64,000 nucleotides of DNA from Eledone cirrhosa (Eukaryota): positions 30,876,001 through 30,940,000 of the forward strand of contig OZ024752.1 in the NCBI GenBank assembly GCA_964016885.1, read 5' to 3'. Below the pieces are notes generated by a model. The model was not told where the DNA came from and searched no databases. It saw only the letters and a list, made by a program, of their open reading frames with translations. Shown one piece after another: positions 37,061 through 52,900 of this stretch (the first letter of the stretch is position 1; every line of letters begins with the position of its first letter). The position numbers and the translations under genes were made by a program.

Positions 37061-37227
37061 CGGGCAGGGTGGATGGATGTTGTCCATGGACTTGGTTGAT
37101 CACACTTGGGGATCCAGCCGGATCAGTTGGAGATGATTACTTCTGACAGGACCCGCTGGAGGGAGTGTTTGAGGTCTCTGCCCGCAAGACCCTCCCAGGA
37201 ATAAGTGGGCAAAGAAGAAGAAGAAGA
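37061..37227 (+). mobile_element. RTE family 2 3' end
   Basis: RARWMDVV...IQPDQLEMITSDRTRWRECLRSLPARPSQE* across a frameshift, then (GAA)n; agatcttt on both flanks. Confidence 0.7.
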
Positions 37228-37309
37228 TCTTTCATTTTTCTGATCTGCTATTTGAAAGTATTTCAAAATACAACCCAACCAGTACACTCTGTAAAATGAT
37301 AGTGCTGGT

Positions 37310-37722
37310 GCTACAATAAATTGCACCTGGTACACTCTGTAATGTGGTTAGTGTTAGGAAGGGCATCCAATCATAGAAGCCATGCTAGATATGGAATGAA
37401 TGGAAACACCTCGTTTCCTGATCAGTCTTGTCTCAGACTTTGGACATGGGCAATCTATGCCAGCATGGAATACAGACACAAACTGATAATTATGTTGTTA
37501 ATGATGATGATAGGGATGTATATGAAAGCATATACTATAGTAGCTTTGCTATGGAAGAAAATATGTGGTTGGCATTACGAAGGACATACAGCCATAGAAA
37601 CCAACCCCAAATCAGATCTGTATGAGCAAGATATGGTCATCTGATCTGGCTTGTCTCACAATGGGATAACTCATCTAACCCATGCTAGCATGGAAATATG
37701 GACGGTAAACTGTGATGATGAT
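37310..37722 (+). mobile_element. Two degraded RTE family 1 3' UTRs
   Basis: gttaggaagggcatcca and cccatgctagcatggaaa...gatgatg. Confidence 0.65.
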
Positions 37723-37725
37723 ATA

Positions 37726-37825
37726 CAGGGTGTTCCCAAAATATGTATACACACTTTGATTACCTGTACAGGCAATATTTATTAGAATGCTGTTGAAGTG
37801 TGTATACATTTTTTAGGAGGGCACC

Positions 37826-37828
<3 letters not shown>
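37726..37828. mobile_element. Tc1/mariner-type MITE of about 103 bp
   Basis: TA-cagggtg...caccctg-TA; reverse copy at about 61712-61808. Confidence 0.75.
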
Positions 37829-37868
<40 letters not shown>

Positions 37869-39732
37869 CATCCACACACATATATATATATATATTCACA
37901 TAAGTATGTATGTATTTACACACATACACTGAGATACACTTTCCTAGACATGTGCATGCATAGACACATAACAAACAAAGACAATCACCCATTTCCCAAA
38001 CAGTCTAATCCACTTGATGTCTACTACAGTAAGGAATGTCAGTTCAGTAAAGCCAACTCTATTACATACATGATAGGACAGTAAAGCCATCTTCAACACT
38101 AAGCTATGTTAAACTCTACTATATACATAGGACAGTAAAGCTATCTTCAACACCAAGCTATGTTCAACTCTACTATATACATAGGACAGTAAAGCCATCT
38201 TCAACACCAATCTATGTTCAACACTACTATATACATAGGGTAGTAAAGCCATCTTCAACACTAAGCTATGTTCAACACTACTATATACATAGGACAGTAA
38301 AGCCATCTTCAACACCAATCTATGTTCAACACTACTATATACATAGGACAGTAAAGCCATCTTCAACACCAATCTATGTTCAACACTACTATATACATAG
38401 GACAGTAAAGCCATCTTCAACACCAATCTATGTTCAACTCTACTACATACATAGGACAGTAAAGCCATCTTCAACACCAATCTATGTTCAACACTACTAT
38501 ATACATAGGGTAGTAAAGCCATCTTCAACACTAAGCTATGTTCAACTCTACTATATACATAGGACAGTAAAGCCATCTTCAACACCAATCTATGTTCAAC
38601 ACTACTATATACATAGGGTAGTAAAGCCATCTTCAACACTAAGCTATGTTCAACTCTACTATATACATAGGACAGTAAAGCTATCTTCAACACTAAGCTA
38701 TGTTCAACTCTATTATATACATAGGACAGTAAAGCCATCTTCAACACCAAGCTATGTTCAACTCTACTATATACATAGGACAGTAAAGCTATCTTCAACA
38801 CCAAGCTATGTTCAACTCTACTATATACAGAGGACAAAGCTATCTTCAACACTAAGCTCTGTTCAACTCTACTATATACATAGGACAGTAAAGCTATCTT
38901 CAACATTAAGCTATGTTAAACTCTACTACATACATAGGATAGTAAAGCCATCTTCAACACTAAGCTATGTTCAACTCTACTACATACATAGGACAGTAAA
39001 GCCATCTTCAACACTAAGCTATGTTCAACTCTACTACATACATAGGACAGTAAAGCTATCTTCAACACTAAGCTATGTTCAACTCTACTATATACATAGG
39101 ACAGTAAAGCCATCTTCAACACCAAGCTATGTTCAACTCTACTACATACATAGGACAGTAAAGCTATCTTCAACACTAAGCTATGTTCTATTCTACTATA
39201 TACATAGGACAGTAAAGCCATCGTCAACACTAAGCTATGTTCAACTCTACTACATACATAGGACAGTAAAGCTATCTTCAACACCAAGCTATGTTCAACT
39301 CTACTACATACATAGGACAGTAAAGCCATCTTCAACACTAAGCTATGTTCAACTCTACTATATACATAGGACAGTAAAGCTATCTTCAATACTAAGCTAT
39401 GTTCAACTCTACTATATACATAGGACAGTAAAGCTATCTTCAACACTAAACTATGTTCAACTCTACTATATACATAGGACAGTAAAGCTATCTTCAACAT
39501 TAAGCTATGTTCAACTCTACTATATACATAGGACAGTAAAGCTATCTTCAACACTAAGCTATGTTCAACTCTACTATATACATAGGACAGTAAAGCCATC
39601 TTCAACACCAAGCTATGTTCAACTCTACTATATACACAGTAAAGCCATCTTCAACACTAAGCTATGTTCAACTCTACTATATACATAGGACAGTAAAGCT
39701 ATCTTCAACACTAAGCTATGTTAAACTCTACT

Positions 39733-42114
39733 TGCTTGCTTTGATTGGAAGAGGGCGGATTGGAACTTGTACTGCACTGAGCTACAGCGCCCAAACTGGC
39801 ATGAGATGTATAACTCTGGAGATGTGAACTCTATACTCCAGAGCATCCTGGACTCAATATGGATAGCGTGTGCAGCATCAGTGCCACGGAAGCGGAAAAA
39901 TAACCACCCCATAAGTGCAATCTGGGAAACTTCAGCGGTCTGACTTGCCAGGAAAGAACGTCGGAATGCTGAACGGGAATATAAACTGCATAAATCAGAT
40001 GCCAACAGAAAAAAGCGGAATAAATCTTCTAACCATCTAAAGCAAGTGACAAAGAAGGCAGTGCTTGAATTTGAACAGTGCATCGCAACCAGTCCTGACA
40101 GTAAGGTGTTCTGGAAATATGTTCATTCAAAGCAGAGACCTCACTCTCCAGTTGGTCCTCTTCGCAATCCCCACACAAGCCAGATCACTGACGATCCCAA
40201 GGAATGCGCAGAACTCATTGCTGAGTGCTATGCAAGTATTTTTACTGTTGAAAACCAGAATGTACCATCTCCACCATCTCTAACATCAAATTCCATAACA
40301 ACTATGGAATTTACACCTGCAATGTTGCGACGTCACCTTAAGAATAAGCGCAACTATGCCTCCCCTGGTCTTGATGGTGTGACATACCTGCTTCTCAAAC
40401 GTGGCGGGTATTTCCTTTTGCACCAGCTTTCTTTCTTCTTTCAATACTGTCTCAACAATGGTGCTACTCCGGAGCAGTGGAAAACTGCCAGTGTCATTCC
40501 CCTGTTCAAAAAGGGCAACCGCATGTCACCTGTCAACTATCGTCCAGTCAGTCTTACTAGCTGTATGGCCAAACTGATGGAATCCTGTGTCAGAGAAACA
40601 CTTTGGAACTTCTGGAGCTCTCACAGCCTCATCCGGCCCTCACAGTTTGGATTTATCCCTAACTCCAGCTGCTGTGATCAGCTTATCGAGTTCCTTGAGG
40701 ACATCACCCGGATCACTGACAGCGGCTCATGGGTGGATGTTGTTTACCTTGACTTTGCTAAGGCTTTTAATTCTGTGCCACACAAAAGACTTATGGCAAA
40801 ACTCTCTGCAATGGGTGTGAGGGATGATCTTTTCGACTGGTTGAAATCCTTCATTCTCAGCTGAAAAGAAGTAGTCACGGTTCTAGGACAGCATTCTTCA
40901 CCATATGAGATGTCATCTGGTGTGCCACAGGGATCTGTTCTTGGTCCTCTTTTGTTTGTGGCATATATTAATGACATAGATGCCAACTTACAGAATGCCA
41001 CGGTACTGAAATATGCAGATGACATCAAGCTGTACCTTGAAATCAAAAGGACTGATCCTGAAATTTACAACTCTTTCCTACAATCAGACCTGGACACAAT
41101 GCAGCAATGGATCACAGACTGGCAACTGAAGCTGGCTGTGGACAAGTGTACCACCATGCATTTTGGAAGGAAAAATCCAGCGTCCACATACTCCCTCCAC
41201 AACACTGATATCAAAAAGTCCTCTTGTGAACATGACCTGGGCATTACTGTCAGCAACGATTTGCGTTGGACAAAGCATGTCTCTAAGATTGTCAAGAAGG
41301 CCGAGGGTGTCTTGGCATCACTCAGCAAGACCTTTGTTAGCCGCTCTCCAGCCATCTATTTAAAAACTGTATACAGCTATGGTACGACCACACTTGGAAT
41401 TCGCATCATCAGTCTGGAACCCCTATCTTGCCCAGAACATCGACCTCCTGGAAACTGTTCAGAGACGTGCAACCAAGCGCATACCCTCCATCAGACACCT
41501 ACCATACTCTGAATGCCTTGCTTCCCTGGGCATGGATTCATTGAAGCTCCGACGTCTGGCAATGGACTTGGTGAATACCCACAAAGTTTTTAACCATCTC
41601 ACCAATTGCAACCCTGAGCGCCTCTTTGATCTCCATGTGTCTAACACACGTGGACATGCCTACAAGATCAGAAAACAGCACAGCTCCCATGACTTTCGAG
41701 ACATTTTTTCACGCTCAGAGTTGCTGAAGCATGGAACAAACTGCCTGCGTCAGTTGTTAGCTGCCGAGACACTGCATCCTTTAAGACACTCATGCTTCCC
41801 GAAATACGCCAAAACTACACCTGATGTACCCCTTCCATACACATGCACACATGTGTGTATCATGACTCATGCACTGTTCATTTTACTGATGTTTGTGCAT
41901 TGCCCTATGTACTGTACATGCACTTTTTTGATGAGTTGTGGTGCACCTGGGCACTGTACACAATATTTCATTATTGTTATTATTATTATATCATGACTCA
42001 TACACTGTTCATTTTCCTGACATTTGCACATTATTCTATGTACTATACATGCACCTTTGATGAGTTGTAGTGCACCTGAGCACTGTACACAATAATTTCA
42101 TTATTATTATTATT
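39733..42114 (+). mobile_element. 5'-truncated, inactivated CR1-clade LINE (copy 1)
   Basis: RT motifs NYRPVSLTS, VDVVYLDFAKAFNSVPH, SGVPQGSVLGPLLF and KYADD. In-frame TGA at 40862, frameshifts near 41360 and 41700, (ATT)n tail. Confidence 0.95.
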
Positions 42115-44548
42115 ATATACATAGGAAAGTAAAGCCATCTTCAACACTAAGCTATGTTCTACTCTACTACATACATAGGACAGTAAAGCCATCTTCAACA
42201 CTAAGCTATGTTCAACTCTACTATATACATAGGACAGTAAAGCTATCTTCAACACTAAGCTATGTTAAACTCTACTATATACATAGGACAGTAAAGCCAT
42301 CTTCAACACCAAGCTATGTTCAACTCTACTATATACATAGGACAGTAAAGCCATCTTCAACACTTAGCTATGTTAAACTGTACTACATACATAGGACAGT
42401 AAAGCCATCTTCAACACCAAGCTATGTTAAACTCTACTATATACATAGGACAGTAAAGCTATCTTCAACACTAAGCTATGTTCAACTCTACTACATACAT
42501 AGGACAGTAAAGCCATCTTCAACATTAAGCTATGTTCAACTCTACTATATACATAGGACAGTAAAGCTATCTTCAACACTAAGCTATGTTCAACTCTACT
42601 ACATACATAGGACAGTAAAGCCATCTTCAACACTAAGCTATGTTAAACTCTACTATATACATAGGACAGTAAAGCTATCTTCAACACTAAGCTATGTTCA
42701 ACTCTACTACATACATAGGACAGTAAAGCCATCATCAACACCAAGCTATGTTAAACTGTACTATATACATAGGACAGTAAAGCCATCTTCAACACCAAGC
42801 TATGTTCAACTCTACTACATACATAGGACAGTAAAGCTATCTTCAACACTAAGCTATGTTAAACTCTACTATATACATAGGACAGTAAAGCTATCTTCAA
42901 CACCAAGTTATGTTCAACTCTACTATATACATAGGACAGTAAAGCCATCTTCAACACTAAGCTATGTTCAACTCTACTATATACATAGGACAGTAAAGCT
43001 ATCTTCAACACTAAGCTATGTTCAACTCTACTACATACATAGGACAGTAAAGCTATGTTCAACTCTACTATATACATAGGACAGTAAAGCCATCTTCAAC
43101 ACTAAGCTATGTTAAACTCTACTACATACATAGGACAGTAAAGCTATCTTCAACACCAAGTTATGTTCAACTCTACTATATACATAGGACAGTAAAGCCA
43201 TCTTCAACACTAAGCTATGTTCAACTCTACTATATACATAGGACAGTAAAGCTATCTTCAACACTAAGCTATGTTCAACTCTACTACATACATAGGACAG
43301 TAAAGCTATGTTCAACTCTACTATATACATAGGACAGTAAAGCCATCTTCAACACCAAGCTATGTTCAACTCTACTACATACATAGGACAGTAAAGCTAT
43401 CTTCAACACTAAGCTATGTTAAACTCTACTATATACATAGGACAGTAAAGCTATCTTCAACACCAAGTTATGTTCAACTCTACTATATACATAGGACAGT
43501 AAAGCCATCTTCAACACTAAGCTATGTTCAACTCTACTATATACATAGGACAGTAAAGCTATCTTCAACACTAAGCTATGTTCAACTCTACTACATACAT
43601 AGGACAGTAAAGCTATGTTCAACTCTACTATATACATAGGACAGTAAAGCCATCTTCAACACTAAGCTATGTTAAACTCTACTACATACATAGGACAGTA
43701 AAGCTATGTTCAACTCTACTATATACATAGGACAGTAAAGCCATCTTCAACACCAAGCTATGTTAAACTCTACTATATACATAGGACAGTAAAGCTATCT
43801 TCAACACTAAGCTATGTTAAACTCTACTACATACATAGGACAGTAAAGCTATGTTCAACTCTACTATATACATAGGACAGTAAAGCCATCTTCAACACCA
43901 AGCTATGTTAAACTCTACTATATACATAGGACAGTAAAGCTATCTTCAACACTAAGCTATGTTAAACTCTACTACATACATAGGACAGTAAAGCTATGTT
44001 CAACTCTACTATATACATAGGACAGTAAAGCCATCTTCAACACCAAGCTATGTTAAACTCTACTACATACATAGGACAGTAAAGCTATGTTCAACTCTAC
44101 TATATACATAGGACAGTAAAGCCATCTTCAACACTAAGCTATGTTAAACTCTACTACATACATAGGACAGTAAAGCTATGTTCAACTCTACTATATACAT
44201 AGGACAGTAAAGCCATCTTCAACACCAAGCTATGTTAAACTCTACTATATACATAGGACAGTAAAGCTATCTTCAACACTAAGCTATGTTAAACTCTACT
44301 ACATACATAGGACAGTAAAGCTATGTTCAACTCTACTATATACATAGGACAGTAAAGCTATCTTCAACACTAAGCTATGTTCAACTCTACTATATACATA
44401 GGACAGTAAAGCCATCTTCAACACCAAGCTATGTTCAACTCTACTATATACACAGTAAAGCCATCTTCAACACTAAGCTATGTTCAACTCTACTATATAC
44501 ATAGGACAGTAAAGCTATCTTCAACACTAAGCTATGTTAAACTCTACT

Positions 44549-46930
44549 TGCTTGCTTTGATTGGAAGAGGGCGGATTGGAACTTGTACTGCACTGAGCTA
44601 CAGCGCCCAAACTGGCATGAGATGTATAACTCTGGAGATGTGAACTCTATACTCCAGAGCATCCTGGACTCAATATGGATAGCGTGTGCAGCATCAGTGC
44701 CACGGAAGCGGAAAAATAACCACCCCATAAGTGCAATCTGGGAAACTTCAGCGGTCTGACTTGCCAGGAAAGAACGTCGGAATGCTGAACGGGAATATAA
44801 ACTGCATAAATCAGATGCCAACAGAAAAAAGCGGAATAAATCTTCTAACCATCTAAAGCAAGTGACAAAGAAGGCAGTGCTTGAATTTGAACAGTGCATC
44901 GCAACCAGTCCTGACAGTAAGGTGTTCTGGAAATATGTTCATTCAAAGCAGAGACCTCACTCTCCAGTTGGTCCTCTTCGCAATCCCCACACAAGCCAGA
45001 TCACTGACGATCCCAAGGAATGCGCAGAACTCATTGCTGAGTGCTATGCAAGTATTTTTACTGTTGAAAACCAGAATGTACCATCTCCACCATCTCTAAC
45101 ATCAAATTCCATAACAACTATGGAATTTACACCTGCAATGTTGCGACGTCACCTTAAGAATAAGCGCAACTATGCCTCCCCTGGTCTTGATGGTGTGACA
45201 TACCTGCTTCTCAAACGTGGCGGGTATTTCCTTTTGCACCAGCTTTCTTTCTTCTTTCAATACTGTCTCAACAATGGTGCTACTCCGGAGCAGTGGAAAA
45301 CTGCCAGTGTCATTCCCCTGTTCAAAAAGGGCAACCGCATGTCACCTGTCAACTATCGTCCAGTCAGTCTTACTAGCTGTATGGCCAAACTGATGGAATC
45401 CTGTGTCAGAGAAACACTTTGGAACTTCTGGAGCTCTCACAGCCTCATCCGGCCCTCACAGTTTGGATTTATCCCTAACTCCAGCTGCTGTGATCAGCTT
45501 ATCGAGTTCCTTGAGGACATCACCCGGATCACTGACAGCGGCTCATGGGTGGATGTTGTTTACCTTGACTTTGCTAAGGCTTTTAATTCTGTGCCACACA
45601 AAAGACTTATGGCAAAACTCTCTGCAATGGGTGTGAGGGATGATCTTTTCGACTGGTTGAAATCCTTCATTCTCAGCTGAAAAGAAGTAGTCACGGTTCT
45701 AGGACAGCATTCTTCACCATATGAGATGTCATCTGGTGTGCCACAGGGATCTGTTCTTGGTCCTCTTTTGTTTGTGGCATATATTAATGACATAGATGCC
45801 AACTTACAGAATGCCACGGTACTGAAATATGCAGATGACATCAAGCTGTACCTTGAAATCAAAAGGACTGATCCTGAAATTTACAACTCTTTCCTACAAT
45901 CAGACCTGGACACAATGCAGCAATGGATCACAGACTGGCAACTGAAGCTGGCTGTGGACAAGTGTACCACCATGCATTTTGGAAGGAAAAATCCAGCGTC
46001 CACATACTCCCTCCACAACACTGATATCAAAAAGTCCTCTTGTGAACATGACCTGGGCATTACTGTCAGCAACGATTTGCGTTGGACAAAGCATGTCTCT
46101 AAGATTGTCAAGAAGGCCGAGGGTGTCTTGGCATCACTCAGCAAGACCTTTGTTAGCCGCTCTCCAGCCATCTATTTAAAAACTGTATACAGCTATGGTA
46201 CGACCACACTTGGAATTCGCATCATCAGTCTGGAACCCCTATCTTGCCCAGAACATCGACCTCCTGGAAACTGTTCAGAGACGTGCAACCAAGCGCATAC
46301 CCTCCATCAGACACCTACCATACTCTGAATGCCTTGCTTCCCTGGGCATGGATTCATTGAAGCTCCGACGTCTGGCAATGGACTTGGTGAATACCCACAA
46401 AGTTTTTAACCATCTCACCAATTGCAACCCTGAGCGCCTCTTTGATCTCCATGTGTCTAACACACGTGGACATGCCTACAAGATCAGAAAACAGCACAGC
46501 TCCCATGACTTTCGAGACATTTTTTCACGCTCAGAGTTGCTGAAGCATGGAACAAACTGCCTGCGTCAGTTGTTAGCTGCCGAGACACTGCATCCTTTAA
46601 GACACTCATGCTTCCCGAAATACGCCAAAACTACACCTGATGTACCCCTTCCATACACATGCACACATGTGTGTATCATGACTCATGCACTGTTCATTTT
46701 ACTGATGTTTGTGCATTGCCCTATGTACTGTACATGCACTTTTTTGATGAGTTGTGGTGCACCTGGGCACTGTACACAATATTTCATTATTGTTATTATT
46801 ATTATATCATGACTCATACACTGTTCATTTTCCTGACATTTGTACATTATTCTATGTACTATACATGCACCTTTGATGAGTTGTAGTGCACCTGAGCACT
46901 GTACACAATAATTTCATTATTATTATTATT
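44549..46930 (+). mobile_element. CR1-clade LINE (copy 2, offset +4816)
   Basis: Same RT ORFs, lesions and junctions as copy 1. Confidence 0.95.
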
Positions 46931-49900
46931 ATATACATAGGAAAGTAAAGCCATCTTCAACACTAAGCTATGTTCTACTCTACTACATACATAGGACAGT
47001 AAAGCCATCTTCAACATTAAGCTATGTTCAACTCTACTATATACATAGGACAGTAAAGCTATCTTCAACACTAAGCTATGTTAAACTCTACTATATACAT
47101 AGGACAGTAAAGCCATCTTCAACACCAAGCTATGTTCAACTCTACTATATACATAGGACAGTAAAGCCATCTTCAACACTTAGCTATGTTAAACTGTACT
47201 ACATACATAGGACAGTAAAGCCATCTTCAACACCAAGCTATGTTAAACTCTACTATATACATAGGACAGTAAAGCTATCTTCAACACTAAGCTATGTTCA
47301 ACTCTACTACATACATAGGACAGTAAAGCCATCTTCAACATTAAGCTATGTTCAACTCTACTATATACATAGGACAGTAAAGCTATCTTCAACACTAAGC
47401 TATGTTCAACTCTACTACATACATAGGACAGTAAAGCCATCTTCAACACTAAGCTATGTTAAACTCTACTATATACATAGGACAGTAAAGCTATCTTCAA
47501 CACTAAGCTATGTTCAACTCTACTACATACATAGGACAGTAAAGCCATCATCAACACCAAGCTATGTTAAACTGTACTATATACATAGGACAGTAAAGCC
47601 ATCTTCAACACCAAGCTATGTTCAACTCTACTACATACATAGGACAGTAAAGCTATCTTCAACACTAAGCTATGTTAAACTCTACTATATACATAGGACA
47701 GTAAAGCTATCTTCAACACCAAGTTATGTTCAACTCTACTATATACATAGGACAGTAAAGCCATCTTCAACACTAAGCTATGTTCAACTCTACTATATAC
47801 ATAGGACAGTAAAGCTATCTTCAACACTAAGCTATGTTCAACTCTACTACATACATAGGACAGTAAAGCTATGTTCAACTCTACTATATACATAGGACAG
47901 TAAAGCCATCTTCAACACTAAGCTATGTTAAACTCTACTACATACATAGGACAGTAAAGCTATCTTCAACACCAAGTTATGTTCAACTCTACTATATACA
48001 TAGGACAGTAAAGCCATCTTCAACACTAAGCTATGTTCAACTCTACTATATACATAGGACAGTAAAGCTATCTTCAACACTAAGCTATGTTCAACTCTAC
48101 TACATACATAGGACAGTAAAGCTATGTTCAACTCTACTATATACATAGGACAGTAAAGCCATCTTCAACACCAAGCTATGTTCAACTCTACTACATACAT
48201 AGGACAGTAAAGCTATCTTCAACACTAAGCTATGTTAAACTCTACTATATACATAGGACAGTAAAGCTATCTTCAACACTAAGCTATGTTAAACTCTACT
48301 ATATACATAGGACAGTAAAGCTATCTTCAACACCAAGTTATGTTCAACTCTACTATATACATAGGACAGTAAAGCCATCTTCAACACTAAGCTATGTTCA
48401 ACTCTACTATATACATAGGACAGTAAAGCTATCTTCAACACTAAGCTATGTTCAACTCTACTACATACATAGGACAGTAAAGCTATGTTCAACTCTACTA
48501 TATACATAGGACAGTAAAGCCATCTTCAACACTAAGCTATGTTAAACTCTACTACATACATAGGACAGTAAAGCTATCTTCAACACCAAGTTATGTTCAA
48601 CTCTACTATATACATAGGACAGTAAAGCCATCTTCAACACTAAGCTATGTTCAACTCTACTATATACATAGGACAGTAAAGCTATCTTCAACACTAAGCT
48701 ATGTTCAACTCTACTACATACATAGGACAGTAAAGCTATGTTCAACTCTACTATATACATAGGACAGTAAAGCCATCTTCAACACCAAGCTATGTTCAAC
48801 TCTACTACATACATAGGACAGTAAAGCTATCTTCAACACTAAGCTATGTTAAACTCTACTATATACATAGGACAGTAAAGCTATCTTCAACACCAAGTTA
48901 TGTTCAACTCTACTATATACATAGGACAGTAAAGCCATCTTCAACACTAAGCTATGTTCAACTCTACTATATACATAGGACAGTAAAGCTATCTTCAACA
49001 CTAAGCTATGTTCAACTCTACTACATACATAGGACAGTAAAGCTATGTTCAACTCTACTATATACATAGGACAGTAAAGCCATCTTCAACACTAAGCTAT
49101 GTTAAACTCTACTACATACATAGGACAGTAAAGCTATGTTCAACTCTACTATATACATAGGACAGTAAAGCCATCTTCAACACCAAGCTATGTTAAACTC
49201 TACTATATACATAGGACAGTAAAGCTATCTTCAACACTAAGCTATGTTAAACTCTACTACATACATAGGACAGTAAAGCTATGTTCAACTCTACTATATA
49301 CATAGGACAGTAAAGCCATCTTCAACACCAAGCTATGTTAAACTCTACTATATACATAGGACAGTAAAGCTATCTTCAACACTAAGCTATGTTAAACTCT
49401 ACTACATACATAGGACAGTAAAGCTATGTTCAACTCTACTATATACATAGGACAGTAAAGCCATCTTCAACACCAAGCTATGTTAAACTCTACTATATAC
49501 ATAGGACAGTAAAGCTATCTTCAACACTAAGCTATGTTCAACTCTATTATATACATAGGACAGTAAAGCTATCTTCAACACTAAGCTATGTTCAACTCTA
49601 CTATATACATAGGACAGTAAAGCTATCTTCAACACTAAGCTATGTTCAACTCTACTATATACATAGGACAGTAAAGCCATCTTCAACACTAAGCTATGTT
49701 AAACTCTATTATATACATAGGACAGTAAAGCTATCTTCAACACTAAGCTATGTTCAACTCTACTACATACATAGGACAGTAAAGCTATCTTCAACACTAA
49801 GCTATGTTCAACTCTACTATATACATAGGACAGTAAAGCCATCTTCAACACTAAGCTATGTTAAACTCTACTATATACATAGGACAGTAAAGCTATCTTC

Positions 49901-52900
49901 AACACTAAGCTATGTTAAACTCTATTATATACATAGGACAGTAAAGCTATCTTCAACACTAAGCTATGTTAAACTCTATTATATACATAGGACAGTAAAG
50001 CTATCTTCAACACTAAGCTATGTTAAACTCTACTATATACATAGGACAGTAAAGCCATCTTCAACACTAAGCTATGTTAAACTCTACTATATACATAGGA
50101 CAGTAAAGCCATCTTCAACACTAAGCTATGTTAAACTCTACTATATACATAGGACAGTAAAGCTATCTTCAACACCAAGCTATGTTCAACTCTACTATAT
50201 ACATAGGGTAGTAAAGCCATCTTCAACACCAAGCTATGTTCAACTCTACTATATACATAGGTCAGTAAAGCTATCTTCAACACCAAGCTATGTTCAACTC
50301 TACTATATACATAGGACAGTAAAGCTATCTTCAACACCAAGCTATGTTCAACTCTACTACATACATAGGACAGTAAAGTTATCTTCAACACCAAGCTATG
50401 TTCAACTCTACTATATACATAGGACAGTAAAGCCATCTTCAACACTAAGCTATGTTCAACTCTACTATATACATAGGACAGTAAAGCTATCTTCAACACC
50501 AAGCTATGTTCAACTCTACTATATACATAGGACAGTAAAGCCATCTTCAACACTAAGCTATGTTCAACACTACTATATACATAGGACAGTAAAGCCATCC
50601 CCAACACTAAGCTATGTTCAACTCTACAATATACATAGGACAGTAAAGCTATCTTCAACACTAAGCTATGTTAAACTCTATTATATACATAGGACAGTAA
50701 AGCTATCTTCAACACTAAGCTATGTTCAACTCTACTATATACATAGGACAGTAAAGCTATCTTCAACACTAAGCTATGTTCAACTCTACTACATACATAG
50801 GACAGTAAAGCCATCATCAACACCAAGCTATGTTAAACTGTACTACATACATAGGACAGTAAAGCTATCTTCAACACCAAGCTATGTTCAATTCTACTAT
50901 ATACATAGGACAGTAAAGCTATCTTCAACACTAAGCTATGTTCAACTCTACTATATACATAGGACAGTAAAGCTATCTTCAACACCAAGCTATGTTCAAC
51001 TCTACTACATACATAGGACAGTAAAGCTATCTTCAACACCAAGCTATGTTCAACTCTACTATATACATAGGACAGTAAAGCTATCTTCAACACCAAGCTA
51101 TGTTCAACTCTACTATATACATAGGACAGTAAAGCCATCATCAACACCAAGCTATGTTCAACTGTACTATATACATAGGACAGTAAAGCTATCTTCAACA
51201 TCAAGCTATGTTCAACTCTACTACATACATAGGACAGTAAAGCTATCTTCAACACCAAGCTATGTTCAACTCTACTATATACATAGGACAGTAAAGCTAT
51301 CTTCAACACCAAGCTATGTTCAACTCTACTATATACATAGGACAGTAAAGCTATCTTCAACACCAAGCTATGTTCAACTCTACTACATACATAGGACAGT
51401 AAAGCTATCTGAAACACCAAGCTATGTTCAACTCTACTATATACACAGTAAAGCCATCTTCAACACCAAGCTATGTTCAACTGTACTATATACATAGGAC
51501 AGTAAAGCCATCATCAACACCAAGCTATGTTCAACTCTACTACATACATAGGACAGTAAAGCCATCTTCAACACCAAGCTATGTTCAACTCTACTACATA
51601 CATAGGACAGTAAAGCCATCTTCAACACCAAGCTATGTTCAACTGTACTATATACATAGGACAGTAAAGCTATCTTCAACACTAAGCTATGTTCAACTCT
51701 ACTATATACATAGGACAGTAAAGCCATCTTCAACACTAAGCTATGTTAAACTCTACTATATACATAGGACAGTAAAGCTATCTTCAACACTAAGCTATGT
51801 TAAACTCTATTATATACATAGGACAGTAAAGCTATCTTCAACACTAAGCTATGTTAAACTCTATTATATACATAGGACAGTAAAGCTATCTTCAACACTA
51901 AGCTATGTTAAACTCTACTATATACATAGGACAGTAAAGCCATCTTCAACACTAAGCTATGTTAAACTCTACTATATACATAGGACAGTAAAGCCATCTT
52001 CAACACTAAGCTATGTTAAACTCTACTATATACATAGGACAGTAAAGCTATCTTCAACACCAAGCTATGTTCAACTCTACTATATACATAGGGTAGTAAA
52101 GCCATCTTCAACACCAAGCTATGTTCAACTCTACTATATACATAGGTCAGTAAAGCTATCTTCAACACCAAGCTATGTTCAACTCTACTATATACATAGG
52201 ACAGTAAAGCTATCTTCAACACCAAGCTATGTTCAACTCTACTACATACATAGGACAGTAAAGTTATCTTCAACACCAAGCTATGTTCAACTCTACTATA
52301 TACATAGGACAGTAAAGCCATCTTCAACACTAAGCTATGTTCAACTCTACTATATACATAGGACAGTAAAGCTATCTTCAACACCAAGCTATGTTCAACT
52401 CTACTATATACATAGGACAGTAAAGCCATCTTCAACACTAAGCTATGTTCAACACTACTATATACATAGGACAGTAAAGCCATCCCCAACACTAAGCTAT
52501 GTTCAACTCTACAATATACATAGGACAGTAAAGCTATCTTCAACACTAAGCTATGTTAAACTCTATTATATACATAGGACAGTAAAGCTATCTTCAACAC
52601 TAAGCTATGTTCAACTCTACTATATACATAGGACAGTAAAGCTATCTTCAACACTAAGCTATGTTCAACTCTACTACATACATAGGACAGTAAAGCCATC
52701 ATCAACACCAAGCTATGTTAAACTGTACTACATACATAGGACAGTAAAGCTATCTTCAACACCAAGCTATGTTCAATTCTACTATATACATAGGACAGTA
52801 AAGCTATCTTCAACACTAAGCTATGTTCAACTCTACTATATACATAGGACAGTAAAGCTATCTTCAACACCAAGCTATGTTCAACTCTACTACATACATA

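Noticed and set aside
40046-41996. Active or domesticated reverse transcriptase gene
   Set aside because: No endonuclease domain, an in-frame TGA and two frameshifts in both copies.
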